Shown here piece by piece: positions 61,612 to 64,000 of a stretch of DNA of 64,000 nt (the stretch's first letter is position 1; each line of letters opens with the position of its first letter). The stretch lies in assembly GCA_910592345.1 (NCBI GenBank), contig CAJVPI010000009.1:1-64000 (forward strand), read 5' to 3'. Made by a program: the position numbers and the translations under genes. The notes below the pieces were generated by a model. The model had not been told where the DNA came from, ran no database searches, and saw nothing but the letters and a program-made list of their open reading frames with translations. Origin of the DNA: Paraglomus brasilianum (taxonomy: Eukaryota).

Positions 61612-63087
61612 ATGTCTAAAAGTATAGCAAAACCAACACTCTCTGCTCCTGTGGTGCAGAGCAGGCTCGAACACCACCACAACCAACAACTCCGCATTAA
61701 ACAGCCTAACAGTCACAAACGCACAAATTCGAAATCTACACCAAAATCCAAACGCCACTCCCACCCCAAGGAGCTTTCACCATCAGCAGCTTCCACACCT
61801 ATTATTATTCCTCGCATCAATCGTGGTGATGATATTGACATTGATAGAGATTCAAGCATCGAACAAAACCGTTATCGTTTGGTAGAGAATACCCAAACCA
61901 TCGATGAGGCAAGACCAGGGAAGCAGACCAATTTACAGCGCAAATCAAGTAACGGCAGACGAAGGTACCAATCTGATTCAAATGACGAAAAACCAATAAC
62001 TATCCTCAAGCGTTCTCAGTCCATTACCGACTTTACCAAACCTTCCCATCCAATCCGTTCTTGTCCCGACGAGGATACTGTTGAGCGTCAAACTAAATTG
62101 GAGAAGCCGACTACGCCTCCTCCATATTCGACCCGTCTTCAGTCTTCAAAAGAACGTCGTCGTTCGGATATCCAACCAGCCAAAACGAAGCGCTCTCAAC
62201 ACCGCAAAGACGTCAAGTCCGCCAACGATGTCTTTAGTCTTCTCGTCAATACTACGCCTCAATCGCAAGACAAAGATACATTCACTACCAATGTAAATAG
62301 TACTACTACTACTAATCTCCCGCCATTCAACCAAAATACACGAAATTTAGTAACTCCGGTAAAAGCCACCGACTCTTCTTCTTATGCCTTTCCTCCGTCA
62401 ACTCACAATACTCGTCGTAGAATGTCCAGCACTGCAATAGAGATTAAGCAACATGTGCAACAATTCTCCGATTCAAAGTCGTCCTCAGATTTGAAATCAG
62501 TCAGACATAATCGTCCAGCGAGCACTCCTGTTAAGCACCAATTGTATGCGGGACCCGATTTCCACAACGCTCCTGCACCTAGCGCGTTGCCGATTCCATC
62601 ATTTGTAAGCAAGTCTCTCGGAAAAGAAAGGTCACCTTTGGAGGATAACTTGTTTGTTGGTGTTGGTAATATTGGAACCAGCAATGGACTTGTCAGCAAC
62701 AGCGCTACCAGCACCATCAACTCTTCCCCATCAATGTTTACATCTCCTCCGCGCACTCCTCCGACCCCCTTTGTTCTCGACCGTGCTTACGATGATGATC
62801 TTTTCGTAATGGATGATATCCATGCAGTCAACAATACATACGATGATGCTTACATTAGACAGCAACAGTCCATCCAGCTCAAGATGATGCTCGCTAGCTC
62901 CAAAGAAAAACAAGGCATCAATTATAACGCTCCCACTTCTTACCAACAATCCGCTACCATGGCTTACAATGTACCCCAAAAAATGGCCACTGCTCGTCCA
63001 TTGCATGTCTACGACGATGCCCAAGGGATGTCACTGACGGAGATTTCCGAAAGTTTGAGAAGTTTGTTGAAGATTTCCGGACATTAG
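61612..63087 (+). CDS. PNRC/Edc1-like mRNA decapping activator (disordered protein with YAG motif); probable 5'-UTR intron 61281-61528
   Basis: LYAGPDFHNAPAPSALPIPSF (YAG-x-F plus LPxP motif) and C-terminal SLRSLLKI helical Leu-rich motif. Confidence 0.8.
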   Translation: MSKSIAKPTLSAPVVQSRLEHHHNQQLRIKQPNSHKRTNSKSTPKSKRHSHPKELSPSAASTPIIIPRINRGDDIDIDRDSSIEQNRYRLVENTQTIDEARPGKQTNLQRKSSNGRRRYQSDSNDEKPITILKRSQSITDFTKPSHPIRSCPDEDTVERQTKLEKPTTPPPYSTRLQSSKERRRSDIQPAKTKRSQHRKDVKSANDVFSLLVNTTPQSQDKDTFTTNVNSTTTTNLPPFNQNTRNLVTPVKATDSSSYAFPPSTHNTRRRMSSTAIEIKQHVQQFSDSKSSSDLKSVRHNRPASTPVKHQLYAGPDFHNAPAPSALPIPSFVSKSLGKERSPLEDNLFVGVGNIGTSNGLVSNSATSTINSSPSMFTSPPRTPPTPFVLDRAYDDDLFVMDDIHAVNNTYDDAYIRQQQSIQLKMMLASSKEKQGINYNAPTSYQQSATMAYNVPQKMATARPLHVYDDAQGMSLTEISESLRSLLKISGH

Positions 63088-64000
63088 AATATGCAAAGGT
63101 GGTCTTGTAGAATAAGGAGTTGGATCTAGTGAGTTGATAAGCTAAGGCATGAGTAATCAATCAAGTATCTTGTTGATTGAGTAGAATAGGAATCAATTGT
63201 CATTAGTGATTCCTTGATCAAGGAGGAGATTACTTCTATCGTGTTCATTAATTTTGGGTTCATTACTCATGTGACCCAATTTGTACTTTTAGATCTGGCA
63301 CATATTTCTATAGTTCTCTTATCCTCAACCCCCCTTTTTTTTCTTTGCATATTATCTTCGACTTCAATATAAACCTTTTTTTTTCGTTCCCCCCTTTGTT
63401 ATTCGCACCTGTACATTTTTTGTTGCAAGTTTCCCTTTTCTTCAACATCCTTTGTTTTAATACTCCTCTTCGGTTTATTATTCAACCTTCCCTAATATTA
63501 AACCCACCATTATTTCCCCTTATTGTGTGCTTTATATTAAACCTCCCCCTTCGATTCACCCCTTTACCATTCATATTCTCAACATCAGCATAGACATACT
63601 ACATGGTTTCTTGTTTGTTTTTTTCGCGCGTCCTTATACTTGTTTATTTGTTTCTTCTTTTGGGACAGTCTGGATTCATGTTGTCGAAAAAGATTGCTTT
63701 ACTGTGGAACCGCCTTTACTTCTAGAAAGTGCCATTTACCCCCCTTTACCATTATATACCAATATATTTGACATCATCCAAATATTACCGCTATAAATAA
63801 AAGGACACTTGGGAGTGGGGCGGTTCTCGGTCTGTTAATCTTCTTCGCGATATAGAATGTGCATGTTTCTTAATATGGGAATTCTTAGTTGTGATGGGAA
63901 AAGGTTACTTTTGTAAATAACTACAAGCTCTTTTTTCCCTTCTTTTTAATTATTCTATTTAATTCCCTCTTAGACTCAATATTTCACTTACCCCTCCCTT

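Overview
AT-rich, intron-rich eukaryotic DNA from an early-diverging fungus; a Mucoromycota-type genome is inferred from gene and transposon content. Spliced housekeeping genes read by hand: cytochrome b5, eIF3c/NIP1, complex I 21.3-kDa (NUZM/NDUFA7-like) subunit, a Zn2Cys6 transcription factor, pyrimidine 5'-nucleotidase, SCO1, DID2/CHMP1, PMT4, UCH37 and RPS11. Also present are an intronless Tpr/Mlp1-like coiled-coil gene, a PNRC/Edc1-like decapping activator, and a 3-exon Stc1-like RNAi-to-heterochromatin adaptor gene that the ORF track misses. Intergenic DNA is a patchwork of TIR elements/MITEs, transposon relics (mariner, pogo, Tc1, hAT, LINE, Sola-like, Ginger-like) and short copies of host genes that retain intron sequence (ENTH/epsin, HMG-CoA synthase, an inverted SCO1 3' end). 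Two relic islands lack CpG entirely, which points to 5mC-driven decay. eIF3c carries two +1 frameshifts in A-runs. All family assignments come from motif recognition, not database searches.
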